From positions 224,564,001-224,628,000 of the forward strand of contig OZ360220.1 of assembly GCA_977017645.1 (NCBI GenBank): a DNA stretch of 64,000 nt, written 5' to 3'. Under the pieces are notes generated by a model. It searched no databases. It had not been told where the DNA came from and saw only the letters and a program-made list of their open reading frames with translations. Source of the DNA: Torpedo marmorata (taxonomy: Eukaryota). A program made the position numbers and the translations under genes. Of this stretch, positions 1 through 12,657 are shown in pieces; the stretch's first letter is position 1, and each line of letters starts with the position of its first letter.

Positions 1-187
1 ACCAGACTGAGGTGGGTGTCACCTAAAAATAGAGAAATCGATGTTTATGCTGTTGGGTTTAAGGCTATCCAGGAGGAATATGAAGTGTTGTTCCTCAAGT
101 TTACATTTGGCCTCACCCAGGCAATGAAAGAGGATAAACACATCAATGTGGGAATGCTGCAAGAAATTGAAATGGGTGGTGACTGTA
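1..187 (-). mobile_element. Penelope-like (GIY-YIG) fragment, continuing at about 9021-9080
   Basis: Minus strand at 9021-9080 encodes LGDRLAERMLFV and continues into HFN..HSH-type sequence at 1-187, like the PLE copy at 24045-24640. Confidence 0.55.
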
Positions 188-249
188 AATTAGATTAGAT
201 TAGATTCAACTTTATTGTCATTGTGCCAAGTACAAATACAAAGCCAATG
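188..249 (-). mobile_element. 3' tail of the Rex1/Babar LINE split off by the BEL insertion
   Basis: GACAATAAA plus (TCTAA)n microsatellite on the minus strand; sequence joins 5933 across the CAATG TSD. Confidence 0.8.
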
Positions 250-819
250 TGTAGCGACTTCGATCCAATAAATAATTGCTTGGAGGCTAGGTGAGACACT
301 TGTTCATGACGCGTTTCAATTAATTTACTACCAAGTCCAATATGATCAAAAGGTTTATTAACAAACGATGACTTGTAGCAATCTATAATGTAACGATCTT
401 CTTTAACGTTCCATAAATAACTTAACATAATGTCCATAAAAACGATCCTCAATAACGAAGTATAAACGATCCGTGCTAACGATCAACGAAAATTATGAGG
501 ATCTCACTCACCCTCCTCAGTTATTCCATGTTGTATAATAGTTTCCCGATTCGCACGCTGCCCCACCGCGCATGCTCCAGCCAGCACTCCAATACACCTA
601 CGCATTGAGCATGCTCCAGCCGGCACTCCAATACACCCACGCACTGAGCATGCTCCAGCCGGCACTCCTATATACCAATGCACTGCGCATGCTCCAACCG
701 GCACTCGCACGTGCGCACCACAACAAAGATGGCCCTCCAAACTACGGGACGCCTCCGACGCCCGCGGGGACCAACGGAATGCCGCCATGAAGGTAAGAAA
801 CAAGCCTTTGGCTCTTACA
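250..819 (-). repeat. 3' LTR (570 bp) with 3 full plus 1 partial 39-bp tandem units
   Basis: Direct repeat of 5435-5927; unit gcatgctccagccggcactccaatacacccacgcactga at about 569-706. Confidence 0.92.
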
Positions 820-2399
820 CTGGCCCCTAATTATTATAATGAGACGTAATTTCTTAAATAATAATTATACAATCAATTACAAATAACAATAAACCTATAA
901 CATTCAAACAATATACAAATCTTCTTTCTTCATAAGACCAGAGTTTACCAGCACATAACCTTGGAAAAAGAATGATCTTTACCATAACTCTGGATCAATA
1001 AATTCTGTAACCTGTGTAGTATACAAAAAACAACAAAATACAGTCAGTTTGCACTTATCAAAGTTCCTTTATCTCCAGAATCTTTGAGTTAGAATGTTGA
1101 CCAGTAAACCTCAAATCTTCCTCAAACAAATATATACAGTTTTCCTTTTGAATTTAACATGAGGTACGTCTTCAGCATGTCGTTTCGCTTTCTTCAGCAT
1201 TCCACTTCTCATCGGAAGAATTTGAACTTTCAGAACCAGATTTTGAATATTTATCTGATCCTCTCGACTTTAATAAACGAGTCTCTTTAACCTTTCCTGC
1301 AACAGATTTGCTTGTCCTTTTCTTTCTTTTCCACAGTTGATCATAAATAAGATAATATTCAAACGACATTATTTCTTCAAAGTCATCAACAACCACCACA
1401 TTTGTAGAAACCTTCTGTAAAGAAGTAGACTGCTCCACTTATGGCTCATACAAATCTCTAACTAAAACTGCAGTCTTTTCAACCACCCTGGTTTCTATTG
1501 CCTTTTCCTGCAATTCCAGATCCAATTTTGCAACTTTCAATTCAGTCTCATTTTATGACCATTTATTTTATGACCATTTATTAGATTCTCTTTCTGCATT
1601 CAATTCTTTCAATAAGAAAGTAATTCTCTCATTATCTTCTGAGAAATTAATAACTTGATCTGAAGTGAAAAGATCATGTGATACATTGGTACTTCTGTTG
1701 TCAGCCCTGCTGTGGTAAACTTGAAATGTTTGAATTTCTTCATCTTGCTTGTTACATTGCTTTCTTTCTACATTGCTAGTAGCTGGGTCTTCAAGTTACA
1801 TTCTTGATTGTTTTCTATAGTCAGCTGTTTTGTGTTATTAACCAATGACTTGTTCTCTTTCAAAAGATGAATCTCTTCCTCTAACCTTTTACATCTTGAT
1901 AATGCTGAATCTTTTTCTTCAATAACTATTTCTTCAGCAGTTATTATTTTCTTCCGCTTTCTGGATTTGCAAATTTTCTTTACAATTAAATCTTTCTGGT
2001 TACTGTTTTCATGATTATCCAATATTTTCAAGTCCCTTTTCAACATTTTGTTCTCTGAATACAGTTGCATTAAATTGTCAGTCACATGCTTCTTTATTCC
2101 ATCAGCGCAATTTTCTGCGTTCAGTTTTGCAGCATGTTGCGACATTTCTTCATTGACCTGGTCTGCTGTAACCTCTGAGCTACAAAAGCTACTTTCAAAT
2201 TTGTTCTGTCATTTGTTTTAGTCCTGCCTCAGACTCAATTACACAGGAATAATCACCAGAAGTATTTGCAACATCTTCTAATACTTCATTTTCATCCATT
2301 TCTGATGAAAATAATTCCTTCAATGTTGTTTTAAATGCTTGATTTATTTTCACATTGCTCTGTTTTCTTTTCTTCAAAAGTGACTTTCTTATTTACAGT

Positions 2400-4870
2400 C
2401 CTTTGCTGTTCCCATAACTCATCAAATTTCACAACCGAAATCCTGTTAACATTTATCGCTAACTGTTCCTGAGCAATATCATTATTTCTTTCCAAAGGTC
2501 CATTTCGCTTACTCTGTATTACTTCTAGTGGTTCCAAAACCTTTGGTACATCTGAACCAATCAGCATCTCTATCTCACAGCCAATTTGAGGTAAGACCAC
2601 CGTTTAATATCATTTTGATGTGGAATGTTTCCTTCGTGCACAGGCATAGTTTTCTGAGTGTATAAAATTGGAAGATCACAAAATTCTTTGCCATGCAATC
2701 CAGCAACCTCTAAGCCTGAAACAACGCTGGTTTCAATGACCTTTTCTTGTCCCATGGTTTTCAACATAATCCTCGACCTTCTTCCCTGAAGATTAAGTTT
2801 GTTCATTAGTCCCACCGTGCTAAAAGATGCAGTGCTGCCTGGGTCGAGAAATGCATATGTATGTACTGCTGAATTCCATTTCTTGGTCTTGACTTGTACA
2901 GGCACTATTGAAAGTTTGCAGTTATCCCCAGTAAGACCACTTGTCTGAACCGAGGCTATAACACTGTTTTCTACTGTTTCCTTTGTTTCTGTTTGCTCCT
3001 TTTCCAATTCCTTCTTTCTTTGATGGATATGCAGCATTCTAAGATGCTTCAAATTGCATATATTAGTTAAGTCGCTTCTTGCAGTTTTTACTGATGTGCC
3101 CTTTACACAGACAGCTAAAACATACTCCATTTTCCTTTAAGAAAGCGATCTTCTCATTATATTCCTTCTTTTCCAACCGAAAAAAAATTTCCAAAGCATG
3201 TCCATCTTTACAGAACAAACAACTCTTCTCATTAGGCAAACTCTCCTTTTCCTTAGTTACTTTATCTTTTTCTTTACTTATAACTGAAACAGTAGTAGCA
3301 AAGGTACACTGTTTCAATTTCGGACTAGGCTGAGTCAGACCTCCTTACATCTTTGTTCCCCATTGAAGTGTCTCTGGTATTTCCATATATTGGATCTGTT
3401 TCAATGTACACCTGCCATTCAAGAAAATCTACCAAATCCTTTAAGGTAGCTCTTTGATCGTATTTTTCCTGGAAATCACAAGCCAAATTTCTCCATCTAT
3501 CCCACGTCCGGTAGGGTAATTTATCTAAGGTGATTCGCATATTACCAGGCACGTCAGGCTCACGAATATTATCGATATCTTCCATAGCATTACAACATCC
3601 TCTTAAAAAGAGTGTATGCTTGTAGAGCTTTTACATCATTCGGTTTTATTGATGACCATTTAAGAGCTTTATCCATATAAGCTAAAGTAATTTGATGCTT
3701 GTTGCCAAAATGCTGTTCTAGTAAAGACTTAGCTCTGTCTAATCCTCTATCCGAGGACATATGTTGACAACTCTTTACAAGTTCCCTTGGCTGTCCTTTT
3801 GTCAATATTGCGTCTAAAATATTTCATAAACGCTTGGTACTGAAGTGGGTCACCATCAAAAGCTTGTATCTCTTTCTTGGGCAAAGAAGAGAGAGACTGC
3901 AGCTGGATCATTGATGCAGCAATTTCATTTTGTCTTCCCATGGATAATAGTACGTTGCTCTGTTCACTGCCTCTTGCAACAGGTAATGTATTTGGAAACC
4001 TCACTGGTGTAGGTTCTCCCGTATTTCTGATGCTTAACTCGAATGCCAAGGGAGCTGCAGCGTTTGACCGAACCCACGTCGCAGCTTTTTCTTCGGATGT
4101 TACCACTGGTACATGTGACTTGATAACACCATGCTCTGAGAGGATTTGTCCTTGTATTTGCATGTCTTGTACCCGTGGTACTAAAATATCTACCCTTTGG
4201 GCTGGTTTGTTTTCCTGTGGCTCTTTTTTAGAATATGACTTCTTATCATCATACACTTTAGATAATTTACTCTGAACACCAGATACCATTGAGCCTTCTA
4301 GTACCTCTATTCTGGCCCTGGCAATAGCAATGTTTGCTTCCAGCTCTTGCTGCTCCTTTCTCTGCCTTAGCTGCTGGCTCTGCCTTAGGTGCTCCTGGCT
4401 CTGCCTTAGCTGTTCCTCCTTTTCTTCCAAAACATGCTTATCCTTAAGCGATTTTTATCGTGCAAGAAAAGCGGCCAATTCAGCTTTAATCATTGTACGT
4501 GCCGATGCAGAACTTGAAGTACTAGAAACTCTGGAGCTTAAACTAGAAGAACTTTGTTTGCTTCTCCTGCTTTCAACATTTGACACACTGTCACTTGATT
4601 GTATTTCGTCCTGCAGGTCACATGTTGTCTTCTTACCTTTTTCTCCAATTCGTATTGTTCATCCTTTGCATCTTCATCCTCTTTGTTTTCTTCATCCTTT
4701 TCATTTTCTTCATCACCATTTGGTGATACATCTTCAGCCATTTCCACGTTGCTGTCTACATGTTCAGTCGTTGTCTTTTGCACTGGTTTTGCAATGTCTT
4801 CATTCCCATTAACCGAAGCAGCCTGTTCCTCCATTGCCAGCTTCAGTCTTGCAATGAGAACCTTTTTGCA
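2400..4870 (-). pseudogene. Frameshifted BEL/Pao gag plus aspartic protease
   Basis: ORF fragments 3747..4430, 3590..3805, 3325..3585, 3063..3317, 2570..3130 and 2331..2600 form consecutive gag/Zn-knuckle/protease pieces. Confidence 0.85.
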
Positions 4871-5434
4871 TTGACTTGTATCTAGTTTCCGTCGCCTCAG
4901 TCTTCTTTGAGATCCGCAACCTTCATGTCTTCAATACATTGCTCAACAACCACGTCAGCTGCTGCTGCGGCCATTTTTTCTCGTCTTGTTCCACCGTCCG
5001 TCGAGCACGCACAACACAAGCCAAATCAACAGTCCCCAATGGACTAGCGGCAGCAAAATCCAAACTGTGTTCACGCTTGCCAAAGATACACAGGAGTCCA
5101 CAGACGTATGCCTACCGCTTCAGATGGCTGTAATGTGCTGCTATTAACAAACGAGATTACACCGCGGCATCCGTCAATAATATCGCTGATTTTCAAGAAA
5201 TGGCTCCACCAACGTGTTTATAGGACACTTTACTATAAGATTAGAAGCTCTGAATCCCTCTCTGGCCATTAACCATGGCAGATGGATGTGGATTACAAAC
5301 TGCCCCTAACTCGAGGCATTTCCAAGATGGCCACCATTTTATTTTAAATATCAATCCAAAGCACAGAGAGATTATTTTCTATCTTCTATCCTTCAATTTT
5401 CTGTTCCAATCAATAAATATTTTCGTGACTAAAT

Positions 5435-5927
5435 TGTAGCGACTTCGATCCAATAAATAATCGCTTGGAGGCTAGGTGAGACACTTGGTAGTAAATTAAT
5501 TGAAACGCGTCACGAACAAGTCCAATACATTCAAAAGGATTATTAACAAACGATGACTTGTAGCAATCTATAATAATGTAACAATCTTCTTTAATGTTCC
5601 ATAAATAACTTAACGTAATGTCCATAAATACGATCCTCAATAACGAAGTATAAATGATCCATGCTAACGATCAACAAAAATTATGAGGAACTCACTCACC
5701 CTCCTCAACGTTATTCCATGTTGTATAATACTTTTCCTGATTTGCACTGCCCCACTGCGCATGCTCCAGCCGGCACTCCAATACACCCACGCACTGAGCA
5801 TGCTCCAGCTGGCACTCGCACGTGCGCACAACAAAGATGGCCCTCCAAACTTCGGGACGCCTCCGATGCCCGCGGGGACCAATGGAACGCCGCCATGAAG
5901 GTAAGAAACGAGCCTTTGGCTCTTACA
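5435..5927 (-). repeat. 5' LTR (493 bp) with 1 full plus 1 partial 39-bp unit
   Basis: Starts tgtagcgacttcg and ends ggctcttaca, as does 250-819. Confidence 0.92.
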
Positions 5928-8900
5928 CAATGAAATGCAATTATCATCTAACCAGAGGTACAAAGAATAGTGCTATTTACAAGTAACTGCGAATAAAAGC
6001 AAGCGCTCCAGCAAACAAACAAGTATAAAAGTACTGACCGTACAATATTGGTGCAATACTGCTCAGCGCTGTGATGTAAGGTTCAGCAGGGTCACAGCCT
6101 CAGGAAAGAAGCTCTTCCTGAGCCTGCTGGTTCAGGAGCAGAGGCTCCTGTAGCACCTACCGGATGGAAGGAGAGTAAAAAGTCCATAGTTAGGGTGAGA
6201 TGCATCCTTGATAATGCTTTTCGCCCTGCCCAGGCAGCGTTTCTGATAGATGTTCTCAATGGTGGGCAATTGGGTGCCGATAATCTGTTGGGCAGTTTTC
6301 ACCACCCGCTGGAGTGCTTTACGGTCCGATACGGGACCGTTGCCATACCACACTGAGATGCCATAGGTGAGTATGCTCTCAATGGTACAGCGGTAAAAAT
6401 CCATCAGTATCCTGGGACAGAGGTGAGCTTTCTTGATGCTCCGCAGGAAATAAAGACGTTGTTGCGCCTTTTTGATCAGGATGGAGGAGTTCAGGGGCCA
6501 GGTGAGATCATCGGAAATGTGGACACCAAGGAATTTGAAGCTTGATACACGATCCACTACAGCTCCATTGATGTAGATAGGGGCATGAGTGTGGCTCCCA
6601 GCACGCCTGAAGTCCACAATGATCTCCTTGGTCTTCTGGGTGTTAAGGGCCAGGTTGTTGTCGGCACACCACATGGCCAGGTGCTGGACCTCATCCCTGT
6701 AGGCCATCTCATCATCCCCTCTGATCAGGCCAACCACCGTGAGGTCATCTGCGACATGATTATGAAGTTAGAACCACGTACAGGAGCGCAGTCATAGGTG
6801 AAAAGGGAGTACAGAAGAGGGCTCAGCACACAGCTCTGAGGCACGCTGGTGCTCAGGGTATAAGAATGGAGGAGGAGAGGTTGTCTAACTTAACAGATTG
6901 GGGTCTGTTAGTCAGAAAGTCCAAGGTCCAATTGCAGAGGGATGAGCTGATACCAAGCTGGCGAAGTTTGGCGATCAGCTTGGAGGGAATCACAATATTG
7001 AATGCCGAACTAAAGTCAATGAACAGCATTCTGAAATAAGAATTGGGGCTGTCCAAGTGGGTCAGGGCAGAGTGAAGTGCCGTGGAGATGGCATCCTCAG
7101 TCGACCTGTTGGTGCGATAGGCAAATTGATGGGAGTCCAGGGTGGTGGGCAAACAGGATTTCAAATGTTGATAGAACCAGTTTCTTAAAGCACTTTGCAA
7201 TGATGAGGGTGAGTGCAACTGGACGGAAGTCGTTCAGGCTAGTGGCAGTGGAATGCTTTGGCACTGGCACGATAGTGGCAATCTTGTAGCTTGTGGGGAC
7301 AACTGCCTGGGCAGGGACCGATTGAAAATGTCTGTAAAGACCCCGGCCAAATGCCCTGCACAGACTCTGAGCACACGGCCAGGTATGCCATCCGGACCAA
7401 CTGCCTTCCGTACATTCACCCTACACTGGGTGGCACAAACATCTGAGGTGGAAAGTGAGAGAGGCAGTTCACCAGGTGGAAGATCCGCTTTGAGGGTGAC
7501 CTCCTTGTTCCCTCGATCAAAGCGAGCGTAGAAGTAATTGAGCTCCTCGGGGAGGGAAGCAGCTGGAAGGGGGCACAATACTAGATGGTTTATAGTCTGT
7601 AATGATCTGTATGCCATGCCACATGCGCTGGGGGTCCGAGGAGTTGAGATGCTCCTCGATTCTTTGTTTGTATGCGTGTTTAGCCTGAGAGATTCCCCTC
7701 CTCAGGTCGGCCCTGGCTGAGCTGTAAGTCTTCCAGTCTCCAGACCTGAAGGCTAAATCTCGGTCTTTGAGCAGGAGGTGAACCTCACTGTTCATCCATT
7801 GTTTTTGATTAGCAAAAAATTTTATTTGTTTTTGTGATGTCACTCTATCTACACACTTGTTGATGTACTCGAGGACGAGTTGGTATATAAGTCAATATAA
7901 ATCTGAGAGTCTGTGGTAGCATGGGCAGCAAACGCGCTCCAGTCTGTGTGCTGGAACTGTTGCTGAAAAACAGAGTCAGCACCCTCAAGCCAGATCTTAA
8001 TAGACTTCATTGTGGGTTTCACACGTTTAATGACTGGGAAACAGAAACAATGAAAGATGGTCGGACTGTCCCAGGTGGGGGAGGGTAGTGGCTTTGTAAG
8101 CATCAGCCACATTTGTGTAGACATGATCTAAGGTTTTATTTCCCCTTGTGGTGCATGATACATTTTGGTAAAATCTTGGAAGCACGGTACGTAGATTGCA
8201 ATGATTAACGTCCCCAGCGACAATAAAGGCTCCGTCTGGATGCAATGTCTGCAGCTTGCTGATAGCAGCACTGAGGTCTTTCATGGCGTCCAGTGGTACA
8301 TTAACTGCAACAGCAATGATACATGTAAACTTTTGTGGTTGATAAAAAGGTCTACACTTAATAATCAGGTATTCCAGATTCGCAGAGCAATAAGTATCAG
8401 CAATGGTAGAGTTAGTGCACCATGATCGATTCACGTAGATGCATTACCACCCTCTCTACTTTTATCCATCACTACTGCCTCTCTGTCAGCCCTGAAGACC
8501 GTGCGCCCTTCCAGTTCCACCACGTTGTTTGGGACATCGCTGTTTAGCCACGTCTTTGTAAAAAACATGACGTTGCAATCCATAAGACTTCTTTGTGTGA
8601 GGGTCCAAATCCTTAGTTCGTCCAGCTTGTTCGTCAGAGACCGAACATTGGCGAGGAAGATGCTAGGTAGTGCTGGCCGATGTGGATTCAGCCTTAGCCT
8701 AGCACACAGGCCTCCACTCTTCCCCCGTCTTTGTTTTCGGTCTCGATGCCGGCGCCGGGCCCTTCCGGTCAGAGTGAGTTGAATACGCGCCCGCGGTGTC
8801 CTTACTAACTCCGGAGGCAGTTGTTCAAAGTTGAATGGATAATCCAAATCTGTATTGTTGCATCAGTAATAAATGACCAAAAGTGACTGTTTGCTGTAGG

Positions 8901-9020
8901 TGTAGTTCACATCGCCGAATCGAACGAACACGCAGGAAACAAGCAGATAAATTAACGCTATTTTTCTAAATCCGGTAAAACACTAAGCCTCGCGATACAC
9001 ACGCGCCGCCATCTTATGCC
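5928..9020 (-). mobile_element. Apparently full-length decayed Rex1/Babar-type LINE (APE endonuclease + RT); its 3' tail lies at about 188-249, beyond the LTR insertion
   Basis: ORF fragments [70 protein letters not shown]. The 5' end has AAGATGGCGG; the tail at 188-249 reads (minus) gacaataaagttgaatctaatctaatct. Confidence 0.88.
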
Positions 9021-9780
9021 AAGTTCAAGCTTAGACCCACAGACAAAGAGCATGCGTTCGGCCAAGCGGTCACCCAATGGCAAAGCCAAAACTATTTGAT
9101 TCCATTTTCTTCCCTGCCCATTGTTTGAAGGTGAAGCCACTTGTAGCAGCAGCATCCTTCTTCTATCCTGACCTGCTTCCAATTCCATACCCTCTCCCTT
9201 ACCAAGTCTTTGCATTTCATCTCCATAACATTGCCCATTCACAAACATGTCCCAACTTACCTGTCAACAAACCCTCCTGTGCCTTTATTACCTTCAGACT
9301 TCAGTATTACATCGTATCACTGGCCATCTTCTCACCTTCTGTAATCTAGCATTCATTCAAAGCCAGGCTGCTCTTATGTTGACTTGCACCAAGTTTGCAT
9401 CATTCAGCATTCACACACTTTGGCTGGTAATGTTTCAATTTAAAAAAATTCATCCTTGTATTCAAATTCCTCCATAGTCTCCAAATATGAATTAGGAGCA
9501 GGGGAAGGTAACTCAGTCCCTTTAAACCGCGGCTTATCTGATTGTTTTCCTGTTCACCCATTCTTTATGATGAAGAATCTATCCAACGTTACCTTAAAGA
9601 TTCTGCTTTCCCCCACCCTATGAGGAAGAGTGTTCCAAAGGCTCATAAACCCAGAAGAGAAAAATATATTGCCTCTTCTCTGCCTTCAGTGCTAACCTTA
9701 TATTTCTTTTCAAATAATGTCCCCCCCCCTAGTTTTAAATTCTCTTTCAAGAGGAAATGTTCTTTCCACATTCCTCCAAG

Positions 9781-11066
9781 AAACCGTTCCATAGACGATG
9801 CTTTAGCCTTGTCCCTTCACTCCGTCCTGGCCCACCTGGAGAACGACGTCTCACACGCCAGGCTGCTGTTCATCGACTTCAGCTCGGCGTTTAATATGAT
9901 CATTCCTCAGAGGCAGGTGGAGAAGCTGTCCTCGCTGGGACTCAACACCCCTCTCTCCTGGGATCCTGGGCTTCCTAACGGAAAGACAAGTCTGTCTTGG
10001 TCGGTAGCGGAATATCGAGCACTGTCACGCTGAGCACTGGCGCACCTCAGGGCTGTGTGCTCAGCCTGCTCCTGTTCACGCTATTGACCCATGACTGCAT
10101 CGCCAGATCCAGCTCCAACAGTGTCATCAAGTTTGCAGATGACATAACAGTAGTTGGCATCATCAGCAACAACGATGAGTTGCACTACAGAGAAGAGGTG
10201 GAAAATCTCGTGAAATGGGTCGAGAGTAACAACCTGAGTCTCAACATGGACAAGACGAAGATGATCGCGAACTTCAGGAGGACCAGGAACGACCACCCTC
10301 CACTACACATCAACAACTCTGTTGTAGAGAGAGTGGAGAGCACAAAGTTCCTTGGAGTTCACTAAACTAGTGACCTATCGTGGATACTCAACATCTCCTC
10401 ACTTGTCAGGAAAGTGCAACAGCGACTGCACTTCCTGAGAAGACTGAAGCGGGCAAAGCTACAGGCCACCATTATGCCAACCTTCTATAGGAGCTCTATC
10501 GAGAGCATCCTGGCCGGCTGCATCACAGTGTGGTATAGTTGCGGCAGAGAAATGGATCGGAGGTCAATCCACAGGACCATAAGAGGTAGAGAGGATCAAT
10601 GGAGTCTCACTCCCCCCCCCCCCATCGACGTGATCTACCGGGATCATTGTCTGAAGAGGGCACGCAAAATCATTGAGGACCCCTTCCACCCTGCACACAG
10701 CATCTTTCAGCTGCTCCCATCGGGAAAAAGATACAGGAGTATCAGAGCCAGCACCAACAGGCCGAGGAACAGCTTCTTCCCACGGGCAGTGAGAATACCG
10801 AACAACCAAAGGAACTGCTCACAATAACCATCCGAGACACTCATATTCATGGAACGATATTTATTTATTTGTATATATGAATACTAATCCTGCATATGTA
10901 TTGTTTGTCTGTATGTATGTTATGTCTGGTTGTATGGCTGCATGTTTTGCACCGAGGACCGGAGAACGCTCTTTCGTCAGGTTGTACTTGTACAATCAGA
11001 TGACACTGAATTTCATGCCTTGTTCATGACAATAAATTCTGATTCTGAATTCTGAATAAACTTGAC
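9781..11066 (+). mobile_element. 5'-truncated Rex1/Babar LINE RT fragment, inside an older CR1-like fragment
   Basis: [52 protein letters not shown]; tail ends gaataaacttgac. Confidence 0.88.
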
Positions 11067-11801
11067 ATTCACCCTGTCAAGACCCTCAGGATCTTATAAT
11101 TTAATCATTCCCTCTCACTTTCACCTTCCTATCTCCATAACCTTGTCCAGATTTTCACACTCCAAAGTATTATCACTCCACCATTTCTCCTATTTTAATT
11201 GTAGTTAGAAGCCATGCATTCAGCTACCTAGTTCCAAAGCTCTGGAACTTCCTCCCCAAAACACCCTCTCCTCAAGAGAATTCCTTAAAATTAGACTGAG
11301 CTCTTGGTGACCCATTTTTCATGTTTATGTAATAAATGGTCAAATTTTTCTGATAGCACACTTATAAAGCTGTTTGCAATAGTTCCACCCAGTTTGATTA
11401 GCTGTATTAAGAAAGTTATTGTCATTAATCTCATGTGTAATGGATTTAAATGATATGCTAAAAATTATCTTCCAGCCTGTGATTTTCTGTTCAATTTGCT
11501 AGTCTGACACTAATTGCTAAGAAACAACTCAGAGATTATGCTAAAACAAACAGATAGGAAATGCAAAACCAATTATCTTATCATAAAATCTGACACCGCC
11601 CGTATTCAAATTCTGTTCATGAGCTATCAAGACTCATTCACACACCTAACCATGCACTAAGAGCTGTTACACAAATAATACAATTTTGTGACTTCACATG
11701 GCTCCAATCCAAACACTTTCTCTGCACAATCCACAATGCTCTCTCATTCTATCCTGATGATATACGTTCAGAATTTGGTTTATTGATCCACATGTACTAG
11801 T

Positions 11802-12657
11802 TCTTACCCGGAATTGTATAGATGGCGGTGCTGCCGGAGCCGCTGTAACGGCAGCGCTGCCGCTGGTGCGGAGCCGCGGGGAGCGGACATACAGCGCTCC
11901 CGCGGGGTCCAGCCGCCCAGTCGACTGCCGTCGGTTCCGCACGGGCTTTGAACGGCCCGTTAAAGAAGCCGACGGTGGTTTTATTTGAGATCCCGCGACC
12001 GCGGGGTCTGCGCCCAAGATGGCAACGCCTATTAATCGGCAGCAGCCACGAGGGGCTGCAGACTCCGGGGAAGCGGGGGACTGGAGCAGGGCACCAGTGG
12101 ACGGGAAGATCACCACCGTCTGAGAAGGAGAAGCGGAGGAGACGACCCACGGGACGGTGAGCACAGCGGCGGACCGGTGAGGGGCTCTGAGGCTGAAGGA
12201 CCAGTGCATGCGGCGGGCTGCTGGCGACACGAGGCGAGGAACCCGCGGAGGCTGTGGGCTGCTGGAGACTGCTGTCGGGGGACTCACGACGGGCTGCGGA
12301 CTGCTGGAGGTTGGCTCGAACTGGCTGGAGGAGTACCAGGTATCGGAACCGGGATGTGAGGGGGTGCTGAGGGCGACCTGACCGTGTTGGAGGTTCGGAT
12401 CTGGAGCTCGGGATGCCGATCATTTGGACTGGACTCTGTGTGGCTGCGGAAGCGCTGGAGGCGAATCTATGGACACTCGGTGACTCTGGGGGGACTCTCT
12501 TTTGCTTCTCTTTCTCTGACTGTAAGGAATGTAAGAGGCGGTTAGGCAATTTCTGCCGATGGCGAATCTGTCTGCCTTGCAGCAGGCAAAAAGAAATTTC
12601 GTGGTATATGACACTGTCTTATTGCTATGACAATAAATTGAAATTGAATCTTGAATT
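11802..12657 (+). mobile_element. CpG-rich non-coding retroelement with a LINE-type 3' tail
   Basis: GC-rich block with AGATGGCG/AAGATGGC motifs and a tail ending gacaataaattgaaattgaatcttgaa. Related copies at 25486-25707 and 42917-43680. Confidence 0.75.

Larger units (their letters stand above)
250..5927 (-). mobile_element. BEL/Pao-family LTR retrotransposon derivative (non-autonomous, decayed gag-protease)
   Basis: TG...CA direct repeats at 250-819 and 5435-5927; 5-bp TSD CAATG at 245-249 and 5928-5932. Minus ORFs show a BEL-type gag (FDGDPLQYQAF, LDKLPY..W), a Zn knuckle (CFSCLCKGHISKNC) and an aspartic protease (YAFLDPGSTASF). PPT-like ttaggggccag precedes the 3' LTR. Confidence 0.92.

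Noticed and set aside
569-706. CRISPR-like array
   Set aside because: Units are contiguous tandem repeats without unique spacers, inside a eukaryotic LTR; no cas genes.
3877-5133. Plus-strand ORFs over the BEL gag region
   Set aside because: Antisense shadows of the gag frame with S/L/F-rich composition and no recognisable motifs.
11694-12549. Long ORFs of 197 and 250 aa in the GC-rich block as a host gene or CpG-island promoter
   Set aside because: Low-complexity P/R/S/A translations expected from high GC; the sequence recurs elsewhere in the window as a repeat.
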